DNA of 64,000 bases from positions 1,706 through 65,705 of the forward strand of contig JACQPY010000012.1 in assembly GCA_016207275.1 (NCBI GenBank), in the 5' to 3' direction. Below the pieces are notes generated by a model, which was not told the DNA's origin, did not search any database, and was given only the letters and a program-made list of their open reading frames with translations. Each line of letters opens with the position of its first letter. The stretch's first letter is position 1. Positions 1-8,103 of this stretch are shown piece by piece. This stretch comes from Candidatus Kerfeldbacteria bacterium (GTDB lineage Bacteria > Patescibacteriota > Patescibacteriia > SBBC01). A program made the translations under genes and the position numbers.

Positions 1-141
1 GAGGATGAAGAAGATGACGAAGACTTCGACGATGATGCCGACGACGACGGTCTCGATGACGACGCCGAAGATACTGACGACGACGATGACGGCGTTGCGG
101 ACGAAGTCGACGCTAACGCCTTATCCCGCTTCATTCGCTAA
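1..141 (+). CDS. 3' end of a protein with a highly acidic (Asp/Glu) tail, partial
   Basis: Frame 1 reads EDEEDDEDFDDDADDDGLDDDAEDTDDDDDGVADEVDANALSRFIR* with TAA at 139-141. Confidence 0.6.
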   Translation, partial: EDEEDDEDFDDDADDDGLDDDAEDTDDDDDGVADEVDANALSRFIR

Positions 142-160
142 ATTTTAACCATCACCATTG

Positions 161-204
161 ACCCAGCACCACTTTTCCGGAATGACGGAAAAGTGGTGCT
201 GGGT
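161..204 (+). terminator. 19-bp perfect inverted repeat, probable terminator
   Basis: ACCCAGCACCACTTTTCCG-GAATGA-CGGAAAAGTGGTGCTGGGT just after the upstream stop. Confidence 0.6.
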
Positions 205-232
205 TGACAGCGCCGGGAACGTATGGTACGCT
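204..232 (+). promoter_or_regulatory. sigma70-type promoter of the rpsO operon
   Basis: TTGACA(204-209)-17 bp-TACGCT(227-232) with TG extended -10. Confidence 0.65.
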
Positions 233-359
233 CTCGGCGATCTATTCTATGACCTTAAAACCTACGGCCACTTGGTGCTGCGAATAGCTACGAATTACAG
301 CGAATGTAATCGTCTATTGCGCGCAACTTGGTGACCGCGGACGAAAGCCGCCGACACGC

Positions 360-629
360 ATGCCACTCGAAAAGTCAGCCAAAGATCGGATTATCAAAAA
401 GTACAAAACGCACGAAGGTGACACCGGTTCGCCGGAAGTGCAAATCGCCATTCTGACGGCCGAGATCGATCAGCTGACCGGCCATCTTAAGTCGCACAAA
501 AAAGACTTCTCGTCTCGTCGCGGTCTCCTCCGCAAGGTCGGCCTCCGTCGGCGCCTCTTAAGCTACTTAAAGAAAGAGAATCCGACCGGCGCCCAGGCGC
601 TCGCCGAAAAGCTCAAGCTGAAGATTTAG
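360..629 (+). CDS. rpsO: 30S ribosomal protein S15
   Basis: 89 aa; [28 protein letters not shown] motifs. Confidence 0.98.
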   Translation: MPLEKSAKDRIIKKYKTHEGDTGSPEVQIAILTAEIDQLTGHLKSHKKDFSSRRGLLRKVGLRRRLLSYLKKENPTGAQALAEKLKLKI

Positions 630-1202
630 ATGGACACCAAGGCTTCCAAGCACAAAGATCAGCGGGTCGGCGTTTTCGTCGACGGCTCGAACATGTACCA
701 TTCGTCGAAGGCGCTCTACCAAACCAACGTCAACTTTGGGAAGATTCTCGAGCAGGCAGTGGCCGGCCGTCGGCTGCTCCGCGCCCTCGCCTATGTTATT
801 AAATCGTCGGCCCAGGACGAACAGTTGTTCTTTGACGCCCTGAAGAAGCAAGGTTTTGAAGTCAGGTCAAAGGATTTGCAAGTTTTTTCCAGCGGCGCGA
901 AAAAGGGCGACTGGGACGTTGGCATTGCGCTCGACACCATTTCCTTAGCCGAACGACTGGATACGGTCGTGCTCGTCTCCGGCGACGGCGACTTCGTTCC
1001 GTTGGTCGAGTATTTGCAGCGAACGAATGGTTGCCGAGTCGAGGTGATGGCCTTCGGCGAGTCGGCGTCGCTCAAACTGAAGGAAGTCGCCGACGAGTTC
1101 GTTGATTTGTCAGCCGATCGCAAGACCTTTCTGCTGCCGTTACGACCGTTCCGCAATCGCCTCATTCGGGGCAACCGCCAGCCGGAACAACCAGCAAACT
1201 GA
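630..1202 (+). CDS. NYN domain (LabA/DUF88, PIN-like) nuclease
   Basis: VFVDGSNMY, KKGDWDVGIALD, LVSGDGDFVPLV motifs. Confidence 0.92.
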   Translation: MDTKASKHKDQRVGVFVDGSNMYHSSKALYQTNVNFGKILEQAVAGRRLLRALAYVIKSSAQDEQLFFDALKKQGFEVRSKDLQVFSSGAKKGDWDVGIALDTISLAERLDTVVLVSGDGDFVPLVEYLQRTNGCRVEVMAFGESASLKLKEVADEFVDLSADRKTFLLPLRPFRNRLIRGNRQPEQPAN

Positions 1203-1404
1203 AGGCGCGCGACGCCAACCATTCGCGGAGCGACCGCCACCCTGCTCTTTCATCGGTCACTACCATTAATAGCTGTTGGTCGGCAGACCGATAGACTATA
1301 CCAGCTTTCGCCCGTCACCAGCAGCTTTCCGCCAACCGCCGAAAGCCGCGGCCGAACGCTGTCAGTAGTCTAGAGCCTGCTGGCCAGCTCAGAGGATTAG
1401 ACTT

Positions 1405-3765
1405 GTGCCAAAACAATTTTCGATTGAACTCGGCGGTCGAACCCTGACCATCGAGACCGGTCAGTACGCCGCCCAAGCCCACGGCAGCGTCACCGTTCGC
1501 TACGGCGATACGGTGGTGCTCGGTACGGTGGTAATGAGCAGCGAGCAGCGTGAAGGCATCGATTACTTCCCGCTCCTGGTTGATTACGAGGAACGGCTCT
1601 ATGCCGCCGGCAAGATTAAGGGTTCGCGCTTCATTAAGCGCGAGGGTCGGCCGTCCGATGAAGCGATCTTGACCGCCCGTTTGGTCGATCGCTCCATTCG
1701 ACCGCTGTTTAGCGACCAGCTGCGCCACGACGTGCAGGTGGTTATCACCGTCTTGTCGTACGACCAGGAAAACGATCCCGACATCGTCGCCCTGGTGGCG
1801 GCTTCGGCGGCCTTGGCGATTTCTAGAATTCCCTGGGGCGGTCCGATCGGTGCGGCTCGCGTCGGCCGAATTAACAACGAGTGGGTCCTCAACCCGACCA
1901 ACACGGCGCGCGAGAAGAGCGAGCTCGACCTGGTGCTGGCCGGGACCAAGAACGAGGAAGTGATGATTGAGGCGGCGGCCAAGGAAGTGTCGGAGGACGT
2001 CATTGATGAGGCTTTGGTTTTTGCCCAGAAGAACGTCCGCCAGGTTATTCGCTTGATTGAAGACGTGACGAGTGCGGTGGGCGCACCGAAGCAGGAAATT
2101 ATCGACGAGTTCAGCCCGGCAGACCGGGCGCAGCTCAGTCAGGTTGAAGCAAAGGTTCGCGAGATTGTGGGCGATCGTTTGAAGAACGTCCTCAAGACCA
2201 AAGATATGACTGAGCGCGAGGCCAAACGGACGGTCCTGGTGGTTGAGCTTGACGAGAAGCTCAAGGCTGACAGCGAGGTCTCAAAGGAACTGCGGGCGAA
2301 AGGACTGACGATGGTTGATCGGCTGGTCGAGGAAGCTTCTCGCCAGCTGGTGCTGGACGACGGCGTCCGGGTCGACGGCCGGAAACTCGACGAGATTCGG
2401 CCGCTGTCCGCCGCCGTCGGCATCCTGCCGCGAACGCATGGTTCTGGTTTGTTCCAGCGCGGCGAGACGCAAGTATTGTCGATCGTCACCCTGGGCAGCC
2501 CTGGCGACGAGCAGCTGCTCGATACCATGGAGCTGTCCGGTAAGAAGCGTTACATGCACCACTACAACTTCCCTGGCTTTTCGACGGGCGAAGTAAAGCC
2601 GATCCGACAGCCCGCCCGACGGGAAATCGGTCACGGCGCCTTGGCCGAAAAAGCCATGCTCCCGGTCTTGCCGCCGAAAGAGGAGTTCCCCTACACCATC
2701 CGGGTGGTCTCCGAGGTCTTGAGCTCGAACGGCTCGACCTCGCAAGCTTCGATCTGCGGCTCGACCCTAGCGTTGATGGACGCTGGCGTGCCAATTACGG
2801 CACCGGTCGCCGGCATTTCCATGGGGTTAATTACCAATCACCAGACCAAGGAACACAAGCTCCTGACCGATATTCAGGGCTTTGAAGACCACTACGGCGA
2901 CATGGACTACAAGGTCGCCGGCACAACCAAGGGCGTGACCGCCATCCAACTCGACATCAAGCTTGGCGGCATTCCGCATCAGGTTTCCGTTGAGGTCTTG
3001 GCTGGCGCTCAGAAAGCCCGCGAACAGATACTGGCCGTGATGCGCAAAGCCATTGCCGAACCGCGGGCTGAACTATCGCCGTACGCGCCGCGCATCGTCT
3101 CCATCCAGATTGCTCCGGATAAGATACGCGAAGTCATCGGTAAGGGAGGCGAAACGATTAACAAGATTATTGACGAGTGCGACGGTCCGGACGTCACCAA
3201 GATCGATATCGAAGACTCTGGTTTGGTAATGGTCACCTCGCACAATCAAGAAATGTCCGACCGGGCGATCGCCTGGATTCAGAACTTGACCCGTGAAATT
3301 CAACCGGGTGAAATCATTGCGGGCACGGTCAGCCAGATTGTCAAAGACCGGATGAGCGGTAAGGAGATTGGCGCGGTGGTTGATCTCTTTCCGGGTAAGG
3401 ACGGTATGGTCCACATTTCCGAACTGGCGATTAACCACGTACCCTCGGTATCTGACGTGGTCAAGATCGGCGACAAGGTCAAAGTCAAAGTGGTCGAAGT
3501 TGATAAGGAGCGCGGGCGCATCTCGTTGTCCATGAAGCAGCTCGATCCGAACTATGACCCGAACGCCTTTCCGCCGCGCGATCGGAATGGCGGACGCGGC
3601 GGCTTCGGTCGCGGGCCGCGCTTCGGCGGGGGGTTCCGTCGCGGGGGCGATCGCGGCGGATTTAGCCGTGACCGTGGACCGCGTCGAGAGTTCCGACGCG
3701 ACGACCGGCCGCGCGGAGACGGCGGACCAACGATTGATCCGCTCAACCCAATGAGTGATATGTAA
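1405..3765 (+). CDS. pnp: polyribonucleotide nucleotidyltransferase (PNPase) with RGG-rich C-terminal tail
   Basis: RTHGSGLFQRGETQ, RREIGHGALAE, GDMDYKVAGT; KH and S1 domains. Confidence 0.98.
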   Translation: MPKQFSIELGGRTLTIETGQYAAQAHGSVTVRYGDTVVLGTVVMSSEQREGIDYFPLLVDYEERLYAAGKIKGSRFIKREGRPSDEAILTARLVDRSIRPLFSDQLRHDVQVVITVLSYDQENDPDIVALVAASAALAISRIPWGGPIGAARVGRINNEWVLNPTNTAREKSELDLVLAGTKNEEVMIEAAAKEVSEDVIDEALVFAQKNVRQVIRLIEDVTSAVGAPKQEIIDEFSPADRAQLSQVEAKVREIVGDRLKNVLKTKDMTEREAKRTVLVVELDEKLKADSEVSKELRAKGLTMVDRLVEEASRQLVLDDGVRVDGRKLDEIRPLSAAVGILPRTHGSGLFQRGETQVLSIVTLGSPGDEQLLDTMELSGKKRYMHHYNFPGFSTGEVKPIRQPARREIGHGALAEKAMLPVLPPKEEFPYTIRVVSEVLSSNGSTSQASICGSTLALMDAGVPITAPVAGISMGLITNHQTKEHKLLTDIQGFEDHYGDMDYKVAGTTKGVTAIQLDIKLGGIPHQVSVEVLAGAQKAREQILAVMRKAIAEPRAELSPYAPRIVSIQIAPDKIREVIGKGGETINKIIDECDGPDVTKIDIEDSGLVMVTSHNQEMSDRAIAWIQNLTREIQPGEIIAGTVSQIVKDRMSGKEIGAVVDLFPGKDGMVHISELAINHVPSVSDVVKIGDKVKVKVVEVDKERGRISLSMKQLDPNYDPNAFPPRDRNGGRGGFGRGPRFGGGFRRGGDRGGFSRDRGPRREFRRDDRPRGDGGPTIDPLNPMSDM

Positions 3766-3772
3766 CTTACGG

Positions 3773-3822
3773 CACAGCGCGCCCCGAGTGCAGGCTTAAA
3801 CCTGCGTTATAGGCGCGCTGTG
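3773..3822 (+). terminator. stem-loop after pnp
   Basis: CACAGCGCGCC...GGCGCGCTGTG with inner GCAGG/CCTGC stem. Confidence 0.45.
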
Positions 3823-3835
3823 TTATGATAAAAAG

Positions 3836-4393
3836 GTGATCATCACCATCAGCGGCACGCCGGGGTCGGGCAAGAGCACCATCGGTCAGATGCTGGCCCG
3901 ACGACTGCGGTACCGACGAGTTGACATCGGCCAGATTCGGCGGCGACTGGCCAAAAAACGTGGCCTAACGCTCGAACAGTACACCGCCTTGAGCGAGACT
4001 GATCCGCGCTACGACCGATTGGTTGACGATTACCAGCGCCGCCTCGGCCGCCGCCGTAAAAACTACATCATGGAAGGGCGTCTGTCGTTCCACTTCATTC
4101 CCCGTTCGTTCAAGATTTTTCTGTACGTCTCACCGACCGTTGGTGCACAGCGGGTTTGGCGCGACATCAAGCTCCGTCGTTCGCGCAACGAAGGTCGTCG
4201 CTTAACCAGTTTGTCTCGCGTGGCCGCTTCACTTCGGCGACGGATGAAGAGCGACCGACAGCGGTATCAGCAGTACTACGGTCTCAACCCATTCACCAGG
4301 GACCATTACGATCTTTACCTCGATACCTCAAAACTTAGGCCACGGCAGGCGTTTAAGGTTGTTTGGCAAGCGGTTCAGGCGAAACTTAGATAA
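3836..4393 (+). CDS. cmk: cytidylate kinase, archaeal-type (AAA_17-like)
   Basis: ITISGTPGSGKSTI P-loop, IMEGRL, DRQRYQQYYG, YDLYLDTS. Confidence 0.85.
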   Translation: MIITISGTPGSGKSTIGQMLARRLRYRRVDIGQIRRRLAKKRGLTLEQYTALSETDPRYDRLVDDYQRRLGRRRKNYIMEGRLSFHFIPRSFKIFLYVSPTVGAQRVWRDIKLRRSRNEGRRLTSLSRVAASLRRRMKSDRQRYQQYYGLNPFTRDHYDLYLDTSKLRPRQAFKVVWQAVQAKLR

Positions 4394-4410
4394 CTGAAGA
4401 TATCCACAAT

Positions 4411-4439
4411 TTGACACTGGTGTACGTGCGTGCTATACT
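4411..4439 (+). promoter_or_regulatory. near-consensus sigma70 promoter
   Basis: TTGACA-17 bp-TATACT with TG extension. Confidence 0.7.
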
Positions 4440-4468
4440 AGCGGCAGCTCGTAAAAATATGAAAAAGT

Positions 4469-4852
4469 ATGATGGTCGAAGAGCTCTGGCGCTTGAGAGG
4501 CGACAGCGCTTCTCGACTATCCGTATCGAGGGTTTCCGAGACCCTGAAACAAAACAAAATTTGGGTGTTCTGCTGTCCCATTTATGGGCGGCGGATTCAC
4601 CAGAAGGACGGTCGAGAAAACGCGCTCATTCTAGACTCGGATACGAATCGAGCATTAGCTTCTAAGGCCGTGATCGCCTTGGCTGCGATGCGATGCACCG
4701 AAGTGAGCCGGCTCGGCGCATGGTATCGCGGCCACGGCGTTAGCCTCAGGAGCTTCAGGGCGCGTTTGGCCTCAATTTTCTATATTCCCCATTTGGGGAG
4801 GGGGCGCACAACGCGCCCTCTTCCTTTATTGAGAACGCAGTCAGTGGTATAG
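4469..4852 (+). CDS. hypothetical protein
   Basis: 127-aa ORF directly downstream of a strong promoter; 3' end runs through a GC hairpin, so the true end is uncertain. Confidence 0.45.
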   Translation: MMVEELWRLRGDSASRLSVSRVSETLKQNKIWVFCCPIYGRRIHQKDGRENALILDSDTNRALASKAVIALAAMRCTEVSRLGAWYRGHGVSLRSFRARLASIFYIPHLGRGRTTRPLPLLRTQSVV

Positions 4853-4860
4853 ATGATGGT

Positions 4861-5310
4861 ATGAGGTATGGCCGTCAGGCTGCCGGGTTAGTGGCGCTCG
4901 GGCTGGTCGGTTTTGTGATTGATCGGGGGCTGAAGGCCTTAGCCCTGGCTGGCCAGACGTTCGGACCGGCTGACGGCGGGGTACGGTTCGAGCTGTTTCC
5001 CAATCCGGACATTGGTTTTAGCCTCCGCTTTCCCGCCGCGGCTAGTTTGCTGTTAATACCGATGGCCTTAATGGCATTCGTCTGGCTCGGCTGGCGGTGG
5101 TGGCGACGCGGTGATCTGGTTCGTTCAGCCGCGACGATGGTGATCATCATGTCCGCGGTCAGCAACTACCTCGATCGGCTCAGACATGGCTACGTAGTTG
5201 ACTACGTCAGCCTCGGCACCTGGTTTCCCGTATTCAACTTGAGCGACGTGGTGATTGTCTGCGGCTTGGTCTTGATGGCGGTGGCCGCAAAAAGGAAGTT
5301 AGGTAGTTAG
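4861..5310 (+). CDS. lspA: lipoprotein signal peptidase II
   Basis: NPDIGFS, SNYLDRLRHGYVVDY, FPVFNLSD motifs; hydrophobic. Confidence 0.9.
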   Translation: MRYGRQAAGLVALGLVGFVIDRGLKALALAGQTFGPADGGVRFELFPNPDIGFSLRFPAAASLLLIPMALMAFVWLGWRWWRRGDLVRSAATMVIIMSAVSNYLDRLRHGYVVDYVSLGTWFPVFNLSDVVIVCGLVLMAVAAKRKLGS

Positions 5311-5370
5311 GGGTTAGGTTGCTAGGGCCATTAGAAGAGTGGTTAGTGGTTAGTAGGGAGTAGTGAGCAT
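5295..5370 (+). repeat. degenerate GGTTAG/TTAGG short-repeat tract
   Basis: GAAGTTAGGTAGTTAGGGGTTAGGTTGCTAGGG...GTGGTTAGTGGTTAGTAGGGAGTAG. Confidence 0.7.
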
Positions 5371-5439
5371 GAGGTGTTTGGTGTAAGAAGGTCAGTAGCA
5401 GGGGATGAATACAAGAATTGTTCATCGGGCAACAAGGGC

Positions 5440-5468
5440 TTGACAGGTTGACTGGCATGGTCTAGGCT
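5440..5468 (+). promoter_or_regulatory. putative promoter of comM/yifB
   Basis: TTGACA(5440-5445)-17 bp-TAGGCT(5463-5468). Confidence 0.55.
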
Positions 5469-5513
5469 TTACCGTAGACATTCGCGTGGCGCTGATTGGA
5501 GCCGCGCGTTTTC

Positions 5514-7028
5514 ATGCTTGCCCGCGTTACGACCGCGGCGGTGGTCGGAATCGAGGCCGAACCGATTACCGTTGAGGCCGACATTACCAGCAACGTGCCG
5601 AAGTTCTTCATGGTCGGTTTGCCGGATACCGCGGTGACCGAGGCGCAAGAGCGCATCCGTTCAGCCATTAAGAACACGCCGGGTGTTGACTGGCCGTTGC
5701 AGCGAATCACCATCAACCTGGCGCCGGCTGACCTGCGCAAAGAAGGGACGGGTTTTGATTTGGCGTTGGCGATGGCGATCGTTTGTGCCCGCGGTGACGC
5801 ACCGCTGCCTCCCGACAGCACCTGCTTTCTCGGTGAGCTAAGCTTAGAAGGGAAGCTGCGACCGACCAGCGGCGTCCTGCCGATTGTCGCCTGTTTGCGC
5901 GACCGCGGCGTCGACACGTTTATCGTGCCTGAGCCGAATGCGGCCGAGGCGGGGTTGGTCCACGGGGTAACCGTTTTTCCGGCGCAAACCCTCCGCGACG
6001 TCGTCCGCCACGTCCGCGGCAGGCGATTACTCGATCCGTACGTGCCGACGGCGTCGACCGTCGCGGCCTCGGCGCCGGGCGTTGATCTGGCTGATATTGC
6101 CGGACAGCCGCAGGCCAAGCGCTGCCTGGAAATCGCCGCGGCCGGCGGCCACAACGTCCTGTTGTCCGGGCCGCCGGGCTCAGGCAAGACCCTGCTGGCC
6201 CGGGTCTTATCGGGCATTTTACCGCCGCTGACCGATCCGGAAGCCTTGGAAGTAACCAGGATTTACAGCGTCGCCGGCCTGGTTGATCCCGATCAGCCGC
6301 TCCTGGTCGAACGTCCATTCCGCAGTCCGCACCATACGGCCTCAACCGTGGCTGTGGTCGGCGGCGGATCGTCGCCTCGGCCCGGCGAAATCACGCTGGC
6401 GCATCGCGGCGTTCTGTTTTTGGACGAATTTCCTGAGTTTCCTCGGGCCGTCCTGGAAGCGCTGCGTCAGCCGCTCGAAGACGGGTTTGTCAGCGTCAGT
6501 CGGGCCCAGGCCAGTGTTCGGTTTCCGGCTCGCTTCACGCTGTTGGCCAGTCAAAACCCTTGTCCGTGCGGCTACCTCGGCGATTCGGCGCACCGTTGTC
6601 GTTGCACGCCGTCGCAACTCGAACGCTACCGCCGGCGCGTATCCGGGCCGTTGCTTGACCGGATCGACTTGCACTGTCTCGTGCCGCGGCTGCCGCCCGA
6701 GGATTTGGAAGCAAAAGTGAAGTCAGAACCGTCAAGCGCGGTTCGCGATCGCGTCGTGCTGGCCCGAAAACGGCAGCAGCAGCGGTTCGTCGGCACCGAG
6801 CTGATTGCCAATGCGGAAATGCGGTTGGTCGAGTTGAAGCATTACTGCGCCTTGGATGACGAAACGTTGCAGCTATTGCGGTCAGCGGCCAGTGTGTTGC
6901 AGCTGTCCGGCCGCGCCTACCATCGGGTGATGCGCGTGAGTCGGACGATTGCCGATTTGGAAGGTGCTGAGCGAATTGACAGTCAACACGTGGCCGAGGC
7001 GTTGCAGTATCGGCAGCGGGCTGGGTAA
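5514..7028 (+). CDS. comM: YifB/ComM family Mg-chelatase-like AAA+ ATPase
   Basis: VGLPD, INLAPADLRKEG, GPPGSGKT, LAHRGVLFLDE, NPCPCG, SGPLLDRID. Confidence 0.93.
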   Translation: MLARVTTAAVVGIEAEPITVEADITSNVPKFFMVGLPDTAVTEAQERIRSAIKNTPGVDWPLQRITINLAPADLRKEGTGFDLALAMAIVCARGDAPLPPDSTCFLGELSLEGKLRPTSGVLPIVACLRDRGVDTFIVPEPNAAEAGLVHGVTVFPAQTLRDVVRHVRGRRLLDPYVPTASTVAASAPGVDLADIAGQPQAKRCLEIAAAGGHNVLLSGPPGSGKTLLARVLSGILPPLTDPEALEVTRIYSVAGLVDPDQPLLVERPFRSPHHTASTVAVVGGGSSPRPGEITLAHRGVLFLDEFPEFPRAVLEALRQPLEDGFVSVSRAQASVRFPARFTLLASQNPCPCGYLGDSAHRCRCTPSQLERYRRRVSGPLLDRIDLHCLVPRLPPEDLEAKVKSEPSSAVRDRVVLARKRQQQRFVGTELIANAEMRLVELKHYCALDDETLQLLRSAASVLQLSGRAYHRVMRVSRTIADLEGAERIDSQHVAEALQYRQRAG

Positions 7029-7060
7029 GGGATAAGGGGTAAGTATGAAGGGGTATGGTA
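7023..7060 (+). repeat. G-rich repeat arm upstream of the four-helix-bundle gene
   Basis: GGGTAAGGGATAAGGGGTAAGTATGAAGGGGTATGG. Confidence 0.65.
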
Positions 7061-7461
7061 TCAAGAATGACGGGAATATCGGGAGAGGAAAAGTCGTCAC
7101 GTTTACTGATTTGATGGCGTGGAAACAAGGGCATGCGTTAGCGTTGAAGATTTACCAAATAACCAAAGATTTTCCAAACCGTGAAAAGTTTGGCCTGACA
7201 AGTCAAATACGGAGATGTGCACTGTCAGTCACTTCAAATATCGCGGAGGGATTCAGTCGGAAGTCATTTCGAGAAAAAGCACAATTCTACTCGACAGCGC
7301 TTGGGTCGTTGACCGAATTACAAAATCAACTCATGCTCGCACGCGACGTGCAATACGTCTCACCAGACGTATACGCGGATACGTATCGATACTCTGTGCT
7401 CGTTCATAAACTCATCACCGGATTGATCAAATACGCAAAGAACGCAAGTCGTACCCCTTAG
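7045..7461 (+). CDS. four helix bundle protein (23S rRNA-IVP/Avd-like family)
   Basis: FTDLMAWKQG, FPNREKFGLTSQIRR, SNIAEG, ALGSLTEL. Confidence 0.93.
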   Translation: MKGYGIKNDGNIGRGKVVTFTDLMAWKQGHALALKIYQITKDFPNREKFGLTSQIRRCALSVTSNIAEGFSRKSFREKAQFYSTALGSLTELQNQLMLARDVQYVSPDVYADTYRYSVLVHKLITGLIKYAKNASRTP

Positions 7462-7518
7462 CCCTAACCGCCTTACCCCTTAATACTACCCCCATACCCC
7501 ATCTCTCTTACTAACCAC
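7454..7518 (+). repeat. C-rich complementary repeat arm downstream of the four-helix-bundle gene
   Basis: CCCCTTAGCCCTAACCGCCTTACCCCTTAATACTACCCCCATACCCC...CTTACTAACCAC. Confidence 0.65.
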
Positions 7519-7665
7519 GAAAGGAGGTTATACTCTTTACAAAGCCGTCCTTCCGCAGTACAGTCACCCCGCTCATTGACAACTGAATAAAGCAGAAAAT
7601 CGCGAATTCGGTTGTCGCTCACGGAAACCGTTGTGATGTCTGACTTTCAAGAGGAGGCAGTGAAG

Positions 7666-7902
7666 GTGAAGAAGCTCATCGTGTTGTTTGCGTTCTGCGC
7701 TGTTGCGCTGCTGTCTGTCTCATTAGCCTTTGCCGAAGACTCGCCGCCGTTCATCCTGAAGTGGGGGGAGCAGGGAACGGGGCCGGGGCAGTTCAACACA
7801 GCACGTGGCATCGCCGTTGATCAGTCGGGCAATGTCTTTGTTACTGACGGCTCCGAAAGAGTTCAGAAGTTCACCCAGCCCCACGGAAGCCACGGGTGTT
7901 AA
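7666..7902 (+). pseudogene. secreted NHL-repeat protein, truncated after one repeat
   Basis: SD GAGGAGG; signal peptide MKKLIVLFAFCAVALLSVSLAFA; KWGEQGTGPGQFNTARGIAVDQSGNVFVTD; ends inside an IS605-like hairpin. Confidence 0.6.
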
Positions 7903-7982
7903 CCCGTGGAAGAAGTGGAGAAGTAATCCCGAGGTGCAACCACCCCGAGGCCACGGCTGTAAAGCCGTGGAGCTGGGTTCAC
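7884..7982 (+). mobile_element. IS200/IS605-type non-autonomous element (two subterminal hairpins, about 100 bp)
   Basis: GAAGCCACGGG-TGTTAA-CCCGTGGAAG and GAGGCCACGGCT-GTAA-AGCCGTGGAGCTGGGTTCAC; the TCAC end resembles IS605-group right ends. Confidence 0.55.
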
Positions 7983-8011
7983 TCTTTCCAAAGTCCACGT
8001 GGAACGTGGCC

Positions 8012-8052
8012 GCCCCCGCGCTTGTTCATCAGGCGGGGGCTTTGATTTTTTT
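8012..8052 (+). terminator. rho-independent terminator
   Basis: GCCCCCGC...GCGGGGGC followed by TTTGATTTTTTT. Confidence 0.7.
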
Positions 8053-8103
8053 GCGTCCTTGTGATGAGCCTCGATCTGAGGCGTATGGTACAATGTTCTC
8101 GGT

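Noticed and set aside
4411-4665. 84-aa ORF starting at TTG 4411
   Set aside because: The start is the -35 box of a promoter and it overlaps the more plausible 4469 ORF
7045-7461. Diversity-generating retroelement suggested by the Avd-like four-helix protein
   Set aside because: No reverse transcriptase and no TR/VR pair with adenine-specific mismatches was seen in the window
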